A stretch of DNA of 61,043 nucleotides, counting the filler, from Sphacelaria rigidula (lineage: Eukaryota), in NCBI GenBank assembly GCA_964200075.2. It is 8 parts of 8 records of this genome, joined end to end, with 100 filler letters (N's around TTAATTAATTAA, not from the genome) between each part and the next. Parts side by side here need not be neighbours in the genome. Positions count along the whole stretch, not along the records: positions 22,930 to 30,472 come from CAXNAA020014418.1; positions 30,573 to 38,115 come from CAXNAA020014419.1; 6 more parts are not named here. One strand, given 5' to 3'. Below the pieces are notes generated by a model. The model searched no databases. It saw only the letters and a program-made list of their open reading frames with translations, and had not been told where the DNA came from. Shown here piece after piece: positions 25,683 through 38,215 of this stretch. The stretch's first letter is position 1. Each line of letters opens with the position of its first letter. A program made the position numbers and the translations under genes.

Positions 25683-25740
25683 CGTACGTCTTTGGTGCTT
25701 GCCTTAGTCGTTTGACCATTGACCACGCATCTTTGGAGCA
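25683..25740 (-). mobile_element. T1 mini-retroposon (LINE 3' tail only)
   Basis: GCTTGCCTTAGTCGTTTGACCATTGACCACGCATC...GGAGCA matches 34633-34698 and 45024-45089. GGGAGG on both flanks. Confidence 0.75.
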
Positions 25741-26844
25741 GGGGAGGAAGATGGCCCGTTCTGTTGACCTCGTGAAAGCAAGGACGCATGTAAGCTAGAG
25801 TTTCTTCGTGGCCCCTGTTGAGAGTGTGGCCGGATGATGATCACATCACCGCGTGGCGTAGAAGGTCATGAAACCTGTCTATGATGGGTATGGTCCCTGC
25901 AGTAGTTGATGCGATTGTTGTGGATGAGTGAAAAAGTGAGAGGGATGGTGAAAGACTTTTCTGTGCCCATTTCCGTGTAGTTTTCTTGTGCGAGTTATGA
26001 TGTGTATTTGCCGTTGGCCGGGGGATGGATGAAGAGGATATTTTCATACTTGTCAAGTTTTTTCGTGTGGTTGCATATTCTAGATGATGTCCCAGCACGG
26101 CAGTTGGAGCTGGTTAGGCCGGAAAATTGTCCCCCTCGCTCTCGCTCCGTATCTGCATCCATTTCATTCCTATCCCCCATTCCTCTGTTGCGCTCGTAGC
26201 TTGCCTGTTTTCCCCGTCTTCCCGCGACTACGAGTGTTCGTTTCTTTTTTGTTTTACTTTAATTTTTGTGTTCATGATTGGTTTGGCTGGGTATCGTGCC
26301 TCAGATTGTCTTCTGTGTGTTTTTTTCGACGTGTGGCTCTTGAGCCTTGTTGTCCACTACCCGCCTCCAACAGGGGTTGAGGCGGCGGCAGCGGCGGCGA
26401 TTACCGGTTAGGCACTGATTTAACATGTGTGTGAGAGCTGGAGAAGAAATGAAAAGTGTGATGCCAATTATCGATCATTAGTTGTGACAGACGGAAAGTG
26501 ATGTAATGGAGCACAAAAAGAAAATGAGGAATTCGCGCACCCCTCAGTCGGCCATGTTTTGGCTTTCGGCTGTTCCTGTTGTGCCATGATGCATGCATAT
26601 TTTGAAAAACAACCAGATACGTACAACCTTTGATGCAGCGGAACATGAAGGGCGTGGTATCAACCGTCATGGACCACAGCAACGGGGCAACTATTGCATG
26701 GGCTGGGGGGCACCTTTCACCACAGCTGGGATCAGTAATCATTTGTATGTTTACTGTCTGGCTCGTCGATTTTGAGACAAGCAGGAACGCACCACCGGGT
26801 CCCGCGTGTCCGACCACCCGTGCCCGAAAACCAGCTGGAGAAAA

Positions 26845-27110
26845 GTCCTGAGACGCGCGTGCGCGACCGTGGTGGCGGGCATGGTCTTGAACGATGTCAC
26901 GATGCATGTGTCCGGCCTTAGTGGCCAAGGATGGTCTTAGAACGGTCTCACGACGCACGTGCGCGACTCTAGTGGTTGAGAACGGTATTGAGAACGGTCT
27001 CACGGCGCATGTGCGTGCGGCCCTAGTGACCGAGAACGGCATTGAGGACGATCTCACGACGCAAGTTTGCGACCAAAGTGGCCGAGGACGGACTCACAAC
27101 GCACGTGCGT
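26845..27110. repeat. Degenerate tandem repeat
   Basis: Recurring GAACGGTCTCACGACGCA(C/T)GTGCG...CTAGTG units. Confidence 0.7.
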
Positions 27111-27633
27111 GATCCTAGGATGCATGCACTCTGAGCGGCTGACCACTTGCTATCGTAGGTGAAAAAGAGAGCAAGTCTCGGGTCACATTCCATCTTTTTA
27201 TGAGACTTTTTTTACCCTCTGTTACAAACAGAATCTGTATAGTGTTGGAGTTCTCGGCATTGGGCGTCGCAACTGGCTTACAGACAGGCGATATGTCTCG
27301 TGGTCTCGAGCAAGCATCCAGTTGAGTCATTTCATGGGCATGCAAATACATGATGACTGATATACCTGTTGATTATGCCGGAACATGCCTCAACTACACA
27401 TCTGTTTGTGCACTGATTTCATTTATCATTATACTATCGTGACGACCATATTTCAAATACTGACGTACCGAGTATGGTTCAGGGATCCGTACTGTATCGT
27501 CTCACCGTGTTCAGCGACCAATCCTCAAAAGCATAGCAAGAGGAAATGCGTCCAACGCAGTACAGTGATCACACCTCCAGAAGCGATTCAGTTTCTCTTT
27601 CATGGTGGTGGTTTTGACAGCCTCATCAATTAG

Positions 27634-27877
27634 ATTCACATAAGCTCTTCGCTCGTTGTTTGCTCGTCTTCAAGAGAGTAAAACGAAGGGTCGCAGAGGA
27701 TCATGAAAACCACGGTGCGCACGGAGGCGTGTCTGTAACCGTTACAACGGACACCACTCCCTCTCCTCTACTTGGAATACCCGTAGGTCACATCAACTAG
27801 CCCTCCGAGCCCATCAGTCGAATAGCTGGCCTCATCATTGTACTGCCCTTCCTCCATGTATGCCGCGATCCATAACA
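27634..27877 (-). mobile_element. LTR (partial) preceded by a polypurine tract
   Basis: Minus strand reads GAGGGGGG|TGTTATGG. A homologous copy without the PPT lies at 38365-38595 and has the same TG edge. Confidence 0.75.
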
Positions 27878-28090
27878 CCCCCCTCAGACCTAGGGTTGAC
27901 AAACCCTTGGGCTGAACGTGGTTCGACGATGGGTCGCCGCGTTACCACATTCCTCGCCCTCGAGTATTCGACGTTGTTTTCGTGCAGTCGTCGATCTTGG
28001 TAACCGCTCTGCCGGATTAGACCGCGAAGGGAATTTAAACACCCGTACAGAAACGATCCCATCCCGTCCGGAGGAGCCCTTGTTCCTGTT
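27878..28090 (-). pseudogene. 3' internal end of an LTR retrotransposon (possibly Copia RNase H C-terminus)
   Basis: Lies directly before the PPT/LTR. FKFPSRSNPA followed by a frameshifted TK resembles the Copia N-x-A-D-x-x-T-K motif. Confidence 0.4.
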
Positions 28091-28099
28091 GATCGCTCT

Positions 28100-28760
28100 G
28101 GGCTGTCCGTAAACCGTTTGCGGATCTTGGTACATCGGGGAATCTACCGCGCAATGGAGCCCCTCTCTGCTTGAGATGGTGTATCAGATGGACATGGCCT
28201 GGTCTGCGGTTGATATAATTTCCCACAAGGCATGAAGCACATCCAACTGTAACTCAGTGAAACTATCTAAATCCTCTCCTCTGAAAGCCAGTGTGGCTCA
28301 GCTCCGTCGTGAAACAACCGTTGATGTTCTCACACTCACGACGATCCTGGGCCCAGCACTGCTTTCCCATCCGTCAGAGTATATAGTAGACGTGTGGACG
28401 TGATGTCCTCAGCAAACCCTAAATCTGCCCCCCCAAGCTAGCTAACAGACCTCGCCTGGAAATGAGTGCTGCAGCTGTTCTGGTTGCACATGAAATGTCT
28501 TCACGTTGGCCGCGAACACTGTTCGCTCTTGTACTTTGCGCACCTGCATTTTGACCTCAAGATTGAGACCTGGTATCACCCCCTACTGCACCGTCCCCGG
28601 CCCAGTCTACATGTCGTGTACTAATTTGGCCGGTACATCTTCGTTCAGAAGGGAGCTGTCAGACTCTTTGACTAGCATCATATATTATACCTCTTCCCTA
28701 TGCCGGTGACGTTGGGTTAACAGCTCATGAACGTCCTTCAATTTCGTCGCTGTTGCTCTA
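28100..28760 (-). pseudogene. Gypsy-like integrase C-terminal region, degraded
   Basis: Manual translation gives LVKESDSSL...AKLVHDM*TGPGTV (GPY/F-like), AANVKTFHV, LAWGADLG, LYTLTD and SFTELQLDVLHALWE, with stops. Confidence 0.6.
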
Positions 28761-29057
28761 CCGTGTTATTCAACGGTGGGGATTCTGCTTCAGGTGACAC
28801 AGAGTCGACTTGGGTGCGAGGCTCGCGCTCAAAAGCAGCATTAATCGCGTTGGGTTATGCGGCAGTGACTGGTCGGAAGTAGTATGATGAATCCATAAAG
28901 AGCAGTGCACACGATCACCCCAATACCACGCGAGGCTCGTCGTCGCCGTCAGAGTTGTGATCGCAAACAGCATCACGAGCTTGCAGCTCGCTCTGCGTAC
29001 CCACTTCACGCGAGTCACACGCCCCTGTTGTTTCGATCATGCAAGGCGTGTCCACAG

Positions 29058-30458
29058 CTACGCGCTGCTCTGGCGGCAATTCCGCCAACCCGGCACCCAC
29101 CTGTCCTTCAAGCAGACACCCCTGCGAAGTATCTGAACGATCTCCCGCCATGTCACTGGCGCAGATAGATTCACCATGAGCACGACAAGCTCCTTGCTCA
29201 CCCTTCTCGTTCGCAATACACGAATAACAGCCCCCGCAGCTTCGAGTATGCAAGGAGTATCTCCAGCTACGCGCTGGTCCGCCGGCAACAAGCAGCTGGG
29301 ACCTCCGCCCACCAGTACTTGCTCATTGGCCCATGTAGGTCTCGCCCTCTCAACACCGCTAACAGCAACAACAGCAGTATCACCCATACTCGCTACAGCC
29401 GCCACCTCCTGTCCAGCTTGCTCCTTGACGGCACTAGCGGCAACGCCTCTAGTACTCTCGTGCCTGTCCCCTCGGACTAGCGATGACTGTGTGACTTGTT
29501 CTCCTCTTGCAACAACACTGCCAGCGGCTGCTAATTCAGCACCGACTACTGTACTCTCACTGTTCTTGCTGCCCAGTGCGTCTCTTCGGACAGACACATG
29601 CGTCGTCCCCTTCGCGCCCCTCAAAGTGGCACCGCATTGTTGCTTCAGTCGCGGGCGAGCTGTTTCTACTACTGCACGCTCAGCAGGGGCACTATCGTGC
29701 CTGTCCCCTCGGGCAGACACATGCTTTTCGGCGTTCACCGTGCAAGCATCTGCCCTGTATCGTTGTTTCAGACGCGGACAACCTACTGCACGTCCGGCGG
29801 GTGCACTGTCGTGCCTGTCCCCTCGGGCAGACACATGTTTCCCGGCTTTCATAGTGCAAGCGGCTGCCCTGTATCGTTGTTTCAAACGTGCACCACCTAC
29901 AGCACGTTCGGCAAGCGCACGGCCGTGTCGGTCCCCTCTGATAGACACATGCTTCTCGCCCTTGACAGTACATGCGAGAGTGCTCTCATGCCTGTCCCCT
30001 CTGACAGACACGTGCTGTGTGACAAGTGCGCGCTCCACAGTGCGATGCACCCCACCGGACGACGCATGCTTGCGCAACGCGAAAAGCAGCTGCTCGTTCT
30101 CAACATCATGAGCATGTTTCAAGAACGTGTTACATAGACATATCGCAATATGTTTCGGCATGAGATTATAGACTGCTGCCACCTCAAACAGGTTTGTCCA
30201 CCGCGCGTTCACCTGATTTACATCTCGCACATATTGCTCGTATTTCCGTAAAAACTCGGCCGATTTATCGCTCGAAAAACTTCGGCCATAGTAGGGCACC
30301 TCCAGGGCCAGTACAGGAATAACGACCATCGACGATGACATATTCCTGCGCCACATCATTTTGAACAGTCGAACAGGTTTTGACGCTACCTCCACGCTGC
30401 TCATCAAGCGCCGAGCCACCACGACATGTGTACATGGTGGAAAATCACACAGCAGCAC
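29058..30458 (-). CDS. 466-aa ORF: gag-like N-terminus followed by internal tandem repeats
   Basis: N-terminal EFLRKYEQYVRDVN helical segment; repeated (KH)VSARGDRH(D/E)S with ~114-bp period. Same strand as, and upstream of, the integrase relic. Confidence 0.5.
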   Translation of the reverse strand: MLLCDFPPCTHVVVARRLMSSVEVASKPVRLFKMMWRRNMSSSMVVIPVLALEVPYYGRSFSSDKSAEFLRKYEQYVRDVNQVNARWTNLFEVAAVYNLMPKHIAICLCNTFLKHAHDVENEQLLFALRKHASSGGVHRTVERALVTQHVSVRGDRHESTLACTVKGEKHVSIRGDRHGRALAERAVGGARLKQRYRAAACTMKAGKHVSARGDRHDSAPAGRAVGCPRLKQRYRADACTVNAEKHVSARGDRHDSAPAERAVVETARPRLKQQCGATLRGAKGTTHVSVRRDALGSKNSESTVVGAELAAAGSVVARGEQVTQSSLVRGDRHESTRGVAASAVKEQAGQEVAAVASMGDTAVVAVSGVERARPTWANEQVLVGGGPSCLLPADQRVAGDTPCILEAAGAVIRVLRTRRVSKELVVLMVNLSAPVTWREIVQILRRGVCLKDRWVPGWRNCRQSSA

Positions 30459-30472
30459 CTCAACAGCTCAAC

Positions 30473-30572
30473 NNNNNNNNNNNNNNNNNNNNNNNNNNNN
30501 NNNNNNNNNNNNNNNNTTAATTAATTAANNNNNNNNNNNNNNNNNNNNNNNNNNNNNNNNNNNNNNNNNNNN
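30473..30572. other. Artificial contig linker
   Basis: N-run / TTAATTAATTAA / N-run. Confidence 0.99.
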
Positions 30573-30910
30573 AGCAGTGTACGTTGAAAAAAAAAAAATA
30601 CGAGTAGTACCGGGGGCAATTGACCCGAGGGAGAAAATGCGTGCATCACTGCATGACTTTCAATTGTCCGCACAAAAAGAAAGGGCTGCCGGGCGGCTGG
30701 AGCGACCACCGCTACGTTAGACAGAGCGCCCAACAGTGTGGCCCGATGCGTGAAACAGAAATATGTAATCATCGATTATAGATCGGGTAAAATGCCCGGC
30801 ATCCACGCGTCAGAGGTACATACCCACTCTTCTTGTACACTCGCAGATCGGGTACCTACTTCACTGCAGTATATGTTGTGCAAGCAAATAAATTAACCGC
30901 CGTCGTCAAC

Positions 30911-30992
30911 TGGGACCCAGCGTTGGAGCGGTTTGGGCTCCACCTATTTTACAGATTTTACAATACCGGAGGAGTAACAATGTGGGTGCAAG
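30911..30992 (+). repeat. Dispersed repeat, probable LINE 3'-end fragment; second copy at ~31789-31855
   Basis: GGACCC(A/G)GCGTTGGAGCGGTTTGGGCT...TACCGGAGGAGTAA...TGTGGGTGCAA occurs twice. Confidence 0.6.
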
Positions 30993-31012
30993 CATGAGAC
31001 AGATAACTAATC

Positions 31013-31276
31013 GAGCAATGCTACGGTAGGGGTGGACTTTTTTCGCGAAGTTATATAATATGTCTAGTTCAGGGGCTCCTAACGATTCAAGATGCACAAA
31101 AATATGGGTAAGGACATCCCCGTTTGCAAATTCATTCGGGATATCCCCAGCACATAGGAGTAGTAATCCTGGCGTACTTCTACATATTTTCATAGGTCGC
31201 AATTTGCATGAGATAAAGGGCTCCTAACAATTCTAACCTCAGAAAATATTTGTGCACCCCTACCGTAGCATCACTC
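31013..31276. mobile_element. MITE family A (Sola2-like), 4-bp TSD AATC
   Basis: AATC|GAGCAATGCTACGGTAGGGG ... CCCCTACCGTAGCATCACTC|AATC. Confidence 0.9.
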
Positions 31277-31316
31277 AATCGTCGGTTGGTAAAATGCTTG
31301 GCATCTCTAGAAACCG

Positions 31317-31690
31317 GTCGCCCCGGTGGCTCAATTGGTAACCTCGGAACCTTCTGACGGCTGGGTCGTGGTTTCAAATCTCGGAGCGATCTGGGATTTT
31401 TTCTCACACCATGCTCACCAGTGGAGAGCGACTATGTCGTGGTGGGTACACAGAAATTCGACTTCACAGTCGACGAGGGAGGGATTGCTGGACCTCTCTC
31501 GCGATAAAGAATAAATAGGCAAGCACCGCAGAAGGAAGGTGCAGTACTAAAAACAAACACAAAAGATGAAACTCCTGTGTTGACCTTCCTCCTGTGTGAC
31601 CCCGGCTGGTGCGCCCATATATACCGAACGGCGTAGACCGGCGTCCAGAAAACATGGGACGACAACACACAACACGCACACATCTCTCAC
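31317..31690 (+). mobile_element. tRNA-derived SINE
   Basis: A-box TGGCTCAATTGG (31327-31338) and B-box-like GGTTTCAAATC (31370-31380); no intact cloverleaf; CA-rich end. The 3' boundary is approximate. Confidence 0.65.
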
Positions 31691-32150
31691 ACGTTCCAGA
31701 GGTATACCCAGTCCTGCATACAGTGGGGTACCCATTCTTCAAGTATGCGGTACACTACGCCAGCCGAAAAACCAACTGCCTTCGACCAAGGACCCGGCGT
31801 TGGAGCGGTTTGGGCTTCACCTTCTCGTACTACCGGAGGAGTAATGTGGGTGCAAACCGGTTTTCACCGTCGCAGAGTGGGACTCCGCTATAGAACGACC
31901 ACCCACGATTATGATTGAATCGGATCGAAACCTGACTGCGCATTTACCCATCTGATGTTTTCTACTTAGAAGGAAGTATCACTACTGTAATATCTCACAA
32001 CACCCACGCCCAAAACACTGCCCCTCCGCTCTCTCGGGTTCATTCACACTCTGTGCCAAAATACACCGATTCGTAGAAAGTCGATGAATGCTCATATTTT
32101 TTTGCGTAAAGGTATATCCTGCAGAAAAGATGATGACCTCATACTCTGTC

Positions 32151-32393
32151 ATGCTACGGTAGGGGCTGCACATTCGGGCCAAGATCTTTCTTATTCAGGG
32201 GCTCCTAAAATTAGGAGCTACACACAAGTATATGGGTCAGGACATTCATTTCCGTTTATATTTTCATTCGGGATATCCCTAGCCCGTTGGAATGCTGGTC
32301 ATGGCGTGCTCTCACATCTTTCAAATATGGTTCTTCGGGCGAGGAAGAGGGCCCCACCGATTCGCACCTCTCAGAAAATATTTGTGCACCCCT
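32151..32393. mobile_element. MITE family A, old degraded copy
   Basis: ATGCTACGGTAGGGGCTGCAC ... GTGCACCCCT, with interior similar to 31013-31276. Confidence 0.75.
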
Positions 32394-33457
32394 GATGTGA
32401 TACCACTCCCCTCACGCCTGACTATTTATTTGACCCTTCGACCGTTTTGGGTCATGTGGGTCTTACTTTCACATTTTCCAGTAAAACCGATGGCGATCCA
32501 ACAGATGACCTACCCTAGCGGTCAAACGTTCAAGAGTCTCGCAGTAAACAGTCCCTGCAGATGTACAACAAAAGGGCGTCTGCAGAATCTACTCCGCAGT
32601 CTTCAGATTTTACAAACACTGTAGATCTGCAGCACTTCGACAGGCGAGGCGTGCCCAGAATTCATGGTGGGCGTGCACAGTCAGTCAGATGTGTGAGTCG
32701 TGACCGTGTCGAGTGACCGCAAAAGCGGTAGTCAAGCGGCGCCCTCACTGCTGTGCATGAAAAATTGTCCCAACAGAATTTCTGGTTTGCGGACAGAGGG
32801 CATGACATGAAACATTAAATTTCGATGACATACCCTTTCGTCGCGGACGCCAGCGTGTACGAATTGGCTACCAAAAAGCACACTAAATCTCAAACAATCC
32901 ACACCAGACCCAAGTGCAACTATAAAATTTCACTACTGTATGTAGATATGTTGGTGACATACGCAAAACATGCACACACGGCTGCTTTGAGGAAGGGATA
33001 CACTAAACTCGGCCCACTCATTCCAAAAAAAGGTATTCAATAATCCGTCCGTCACCTACATCAATCATCTCAATCGAAATCGAAGCGCAACAGAAAAAAC
33101 TCAAGACGTACATCGCATATACAAATCATAAATCCGGCATAACCTTTACGAACAGCATGGCTGCACGATACAAGCACTGCACATTCGGCGTCAAAAGCAT
33201 GTCACAAAGGTGGTGTCAGGTCCAATCGCGTAGACATCAACGTCAAAGTGCTGCGGACAGCACACCGTAGGGAGCGGGAGGAGGGTTTGACAAAATTTTC
33301 CTCTCAAGCGTTTCGGAAGAAAACAAATTCACGAGCGGTAGCAACCTCGTACCATCATCTCGCAACTTTCTCCTGGGGGACATTGCTTCCGTCACGATCA
33401 CATCTTGATATCCAAGCCTTCCGGAAGACAGCTAGGTACGCGCCAAAATCCATTCGC

Positions 33458-33580
33458 AAGCCCCACAGCCCCGCCCTCAACCCCCCTATCGATACATAAA
33501 CCTCAACAACCATGACCAAGACCCCACAGCCCCGCCCGCAACCCCCCTTTGGATACATGAACCTCAACAACCATGACCAA
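33458..33580. repeat. ~60-bp tandem duplication
   Basis: CCCCACAGCCCCGCCC...GATACAT.AACCTCAACAACCATGACCAA occurs twice. Confidence 0.85.
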
Positions 33581-34632
33581 CGTGCTCAACCTTGCTGAAA
33601 ACGCCCAGTATACGTGGACAAACATTTCTATGCGCCGTCTGCCCTAACATTTTTGCCCAGCACTAACTGATACACCCTGCGTTTCTCTGAACAACAGCTT
33701 TGCACCCCCACCTAGATCAATTCAAAAAGCACCCCTCCCTCGAAATTCCCCGCGTAAGTTTGATGAACATTTTGATCAGCCACCACCTCCCTTGCATGAT
33801 TAATTATATCCACAAGTCGAAATCTAGGGTCCCAGCAAAAGTTCAGTCCCCTTGGGTATGACATCTGCAGCAAAGAGTGCCAGCACCGGCGCGCTGGGGT
33901 CTTGATTGGCAGTGTGCACGGCGACCCTCAGCAAATTGGAGCCTGCCTCTGTGCGCGCCCGGCGAAGGTATCTGTGAGCAATACGATTTGTCGGCACGAC
34001 ATGGGATGGTTATCGATTGCGTCCGCATTGCGTACAGAACTCGAAACACGGGGATGGGTGAGCGCAGCTCGCCATCAGAAATGTTGAGTCACGATAAATA
34101 ATCCCAGGTCCGCAAAACACAGATCGACGAGAACGCACGACGCTGCGTTTGGTGTCGTTTTACCATGTGAAAAGAAGCCGCAACGCAGTCACCTTTGAGT
34201 AAAATATGCGGTGGTGTAATGGGAATAGTGTCGAGACCACTCATTAAAGGGACATACACTTCACCACATGTGCCCATGGAATACCAAACACCCTCGATCA
34301 TTAGTCACGCTAGGAGATAACTCTAGTTGCTGTGTTCAAACAAGGTCCCGGTTTCGAACACGGCCCTCGCCAACGCGACAAATACAAAGTGAAGCTGAGA
34401 TGAAATTAAGCGGGAACCACAGAGTCGCACAAACGGTGAGAGACCGGACAAAGCAAGTTTCACGAGCTCACAAAAATCTCGTCAGGAAAGTGTTGGCCGG
34501 GGCGCCGAACACACGCCCCGAATTTGTGACCATCGGTGCAAAATTTCTCACCGACACACAGCCGGCAAACAGCGTTCCACGATTAAAAGGATTTTCTTCG
34601 TAAAGATAACCAAAGCCTCGTGAAGGGGGGGG

Positions 34633-34698
34633 CGTACTCATTTGTTGCTTGCCTTAGTCATTTGACCATTGACCACGCATCCCTTTCGAGACGGAGCA
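34633..34698 (-). mobile_element. T1 mini-retroposon (LINE 3' tail only)
   Basis: Matches the end of the LINE at ~45110-45175. Flanked by AAGGGGGGG and AAGGGAGGG. Confidence 0.85.
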
Positions 34699-35723
34699 AA
34701 GGGAGGGAGGGACGGCGAGCTGGGGGTTGAGGATACTACACTCCCATCACCGAGCTTTATCGGTTTACTGGTCTCGGAACAGGAAGGAAATAAAACAGCG
34801 CGACCAAACGTCTTCATGAAAAAACGGTTTGCAATCCGACAAGTACACTACGAGTAATTGTGTGTAGCAACAAATGCATCCTCGCAATGGTCTGCAATGC
34901 GCGCATTGGTATGGAGACTGTGGTAAATGCCAGTCAGGAGTCATGCCCTGGGCAGGTTTTGTCGGCGGCTGAGCATATCTCGAGATCTTGGCTTTCGCAT
35001 AACAGCGGCGGTGGTGTCATGTTTGAATCAACCCGTTGAGCCTTCAAAAACTGAGACACACGAATTTTGGGTTCCCCCTAGATATTTATACATTTTAAAA
35101 ACATTTCACAGCACAACTCTCAAAACTGAGACACACGAACTTCAGATTTAGTGCACCTAGTGCCCTGCCGTAATATATTGAATTTTGTTTGAATTCTTGT
35201 GTGCGCCATATCTCCAGATAGAAGACGAACTAGGTGAAGGTGAGGGTATCGATTGTTTTCCCGTGCTCCAGGGAATGTCCACACCAAAATTCGTCATTAT
35301 CCGTCGTATACGTCATTCAGGGCTTTATATAGACTTTAGTATAGACCCCATCTCCGTACGCTATAGGAAGTACTGGATATGGCGTTAATCAACGAGAAAT
35401 AAACGGCCCCGGCATTTGAGCAGATGGGCATCTCCCCCCAAGATGAGACGATCAACAAGATATGCGGATCACGGGTCCAACAATTCGTCTGTGTCGATAA
35501 GATATGGGTGTGAGACCTTACATCCGTTCTTGGGCTGGCCCAGCTCGTAACAACTGCTATCCGCACGATGCATTTTCATCACCCCTGTTTGCTAATCCTT
35601 CGACCGCCAGGGGTGGCCATCTGTTGGATCGCCATCGCTTTCGCTTCAAGAATGACTGTCAAGACCCATATATAACCTCCCTTGGTGATCAGGGGGTTGA
35701 TCGTACCTCCTTTATGTATTGTT

Positions 35724-35960
35724 ATTTATTCATTTGTCGCACTCTGGACTCTTTCCCTTCCTCGGGATGAGTCCGTGATCTCAAGGGATCAACCCATCTC
35801 TCCGCGCTACACGCCTTGCATTTTGGTCTCGCGGATTGGGTAATGACTATCAGCTCTCCCACACCGCGTCAACTCACGTCACACAAACTCAGTCAACCAC
35901 TTTGTTTACTCACTCGCTCACGCTTTCCACGGCGGAAATCACATACGAAGTCTATTGTAG
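35724..35960 (-). mobile_element. SINE-like repeat, 3' part; related copies at 37958-38046 and 59325-59648
   Basis: Shared TTTGTCGCACT...CTCGGGA.GAGTCCGTG.TCTCAAGGGATCAA block, A-rich end on the minus strand. Confidence 0.6.
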
Positions 35961-36701
35961 CATTTTATCAACTTTCGGTGCACACCTCGAAATATTCGCG
36001 TAACGCCGCTGATCTACCACCAGCTCTCGATCCACGTCACCCCTGCTCTTCCCGCTGGCACTGGAAATATCTGTCCTCGGGTAAATCCAATCGCGCACAT
36101 GGTGCACCAGGAGCATGTTGCTCTTGCTGGGCTCAGCGGCACCGACTCGCAAGGGGGCCTTAGCGGACGTGGCGGATCTAACGTTGGCGTTCTCCGGGAT
36201 GCGGTTGTCGAAGTCACTCGCGAGTGCAAGCTAACGGGGAAGAGAATAAGAGAGGGGTAGGACAGAGGGGGAAGGTGGGAGGGGCGTGGGGATTGTTCAT
36301 TATCACCATTCCTTTCCTCGCCTTTTGCGTTCTCCTTCTCATTTTCGTCTCTCTTTTTCATTTTGTTGCGTTCATATATACTTCTATATGTAGATATTCT
36401 TCTACGCGGCTCGGTCTCCCTACTCAAGCCATGCGGCAGGCGTCGAACAAGCAATCCCGCCCCCTCCTTCGGGATCGGTACTAGATCTTAGCCAAGCGTG
36501 TTTTTTGAGCTTCTCTTTCCTCTTGTCTTGTTTGATATATTATTTTCAGTTTATTACTGTGTTTGTTCTCTCCTGTCTTGTTTTTCTTGTCCATTGTCTC
36601 GGGTGTTCTTCAGCGAGTGTTTCCTTTTCTTTGCCTCAGGTACGCCAATGGCACGACCATGGCCCCATTCATTTGCAGCGCATCAGTCAGTGAACATGCG
36701 A

Positions 36702-36958
36702 GAGCAATGCTACGGTAGGGGTGCACTTTTTCCGCGAAATTATGTCCAGTTCAGGGGCTCCTAACGATTCTAGAAGCACAAGAATATGGGTCAGGGTATC
36801 CCCATTTGGAAATTCATTCGGGATATCCTCAGCACATTGGAGTAGTAATCCTGGCGTACTTTCACATATTTTCATAGGTCGTGCTTTGCATGAGATAAAG
36901 GGCTCCTAACAATTCTAACCTCAGAAACGTTTTGTGCACCCCTACCGTAGCATCGCTC
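36702..36958. mobile_element. MITE family A (Sola2-like), 4-bp TSD GCGA
   Basis: GCGA|GAGCAATGCTACGGTAGGGGTGCAC ... GTGCACCCCTACCGTAGCATCGCTC|GCGA. Confidence 0.9.
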
Positions 36959-37763
36959 GCGATGGTATCTCGAAAAAGATCAGACTCATCTCTATCAATC
37001 GAGATCACTCGATGCGCAATAACAAAAATCATAATCACGATCACTATCACAATCATAACCTAAACCAACATCAAAACCTCAGTCAGACAACAAGGACGCT
37101 CAAACACGGAGTATGTGTAACCATGTACTTCGAAGTATGATCCACAAATGCCCTCGCACAAGCCATACACACCACTGTGACTCCGCCAACCCCTTGCCCT
37201 GTCCCATGATATATCACGATTTGGATCATGACCCTGCTCGTGCAACTCATCTCTCGTACACACCTACCCCTGATCTTGTGAGGGGTGAAAAGGGACGGAT
37301 CGAGCAGATAAAAATAAACACATGACAATGACACCCACATGCGAGCAAATCCTCATCCTCTCTCCCTCTCTCACACACCTACAAGCACACGCGTGCACAA
37401 ACCTACAGCATTCACTGCATTGCTCATCGGCGTGAATTCGTCGCTCACCACTTCAATCACATGCTAATCCCCTCAACGACGGACCGATTCACACCCTTGA
37501 CCGATCGCAACAACGTTGAGGCTCCTGAAAATCCTCACCTGGCCCGCCACGGTACACACAAAGCCTCGTTTCGGAATGTCTTCCGCGGCTTCCACCCCCC
37601 AGGGACCGCACATGACAGAGACATTTTCGGGCGTCTGCGCGAAATGCGTCACCTGTCGGAACACAGCAGGCAACCCAGTGAAAGTCCAAAAAGAGTTTGC
37701 GGTACGACGTGTCAGCCGATTACTGCACATGTCGAGGTGGGGGGGGGGGGGGGGGGGGGGGGG

Positions 37764-37813
37764 ATACTCATGATCTTGCATGCCGTAGTTTTAAGACTTT
37801 TGACCTCTGTCTA
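37764..37813 (-). mobile_element. T2 retroposon tail abutting a ~25-nt G run
   Basis: GAGGT(G)n-ATACTCATGATCTTGCATGCCGTAG...TGACCTC. Confidence 0.75.
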
Positions 37814-38115
37814 GAGAAGGAGGGGAAGGTGGTGAACTAAACGTGTACCAAATGAGCGAAATACAATGGGCTGCTGCAGATGACCTAGCAACACCAGGTG
37901 CGTCTTAAGCTGAACACATGCGTATATACATTAAAGTATATATATATATATATTTTTTTTTATTTGTCGCACTTTGAACCTCTCCCCTTCCTCGGGACGA
38001 GTCCGTGGTCTCAAGGGATCAATTCATCTTTCCCCGGTACACGCCCGTCTGTAACGAAGATAAGAAAACTCCGGTAGAGTTCAAATGGAAGTGGGGAGAA
38101 GAGGAACTGCCGATC

Positions 38116-38215
38116 NNNNNNNNNNNNNNNNNNNNNNNNNNNNNNNNNNNNNNNNNNNNTTAATTAATTAANNNNNNNNNNNNNNNNNNNNNNNNNNNNN
38201 NNNNNNNNNNNNNNN
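38116..38215. other. Artificial contig linker
   Basis: N-run / TTAATTAATTAA / N-run. Confidence 0.99.

Noticed and set aside
29176-30111. 311-aa plus-strand ORF
   Set aside because: Antisense shadow of the repeat-containing minus-strand ORF.
31317-31395. tRNA gene
   Set aside because: A/B boxes are present but there is no pairing acceptor stem or cloverleaf; better explained as a SINE head.
38050-38115. Possible opposite end of the LTR family (starts TGTAA)
   Set aside because: Cut by the contig end and has no overlap with the LTR copies in this window, so it cannot be supported.
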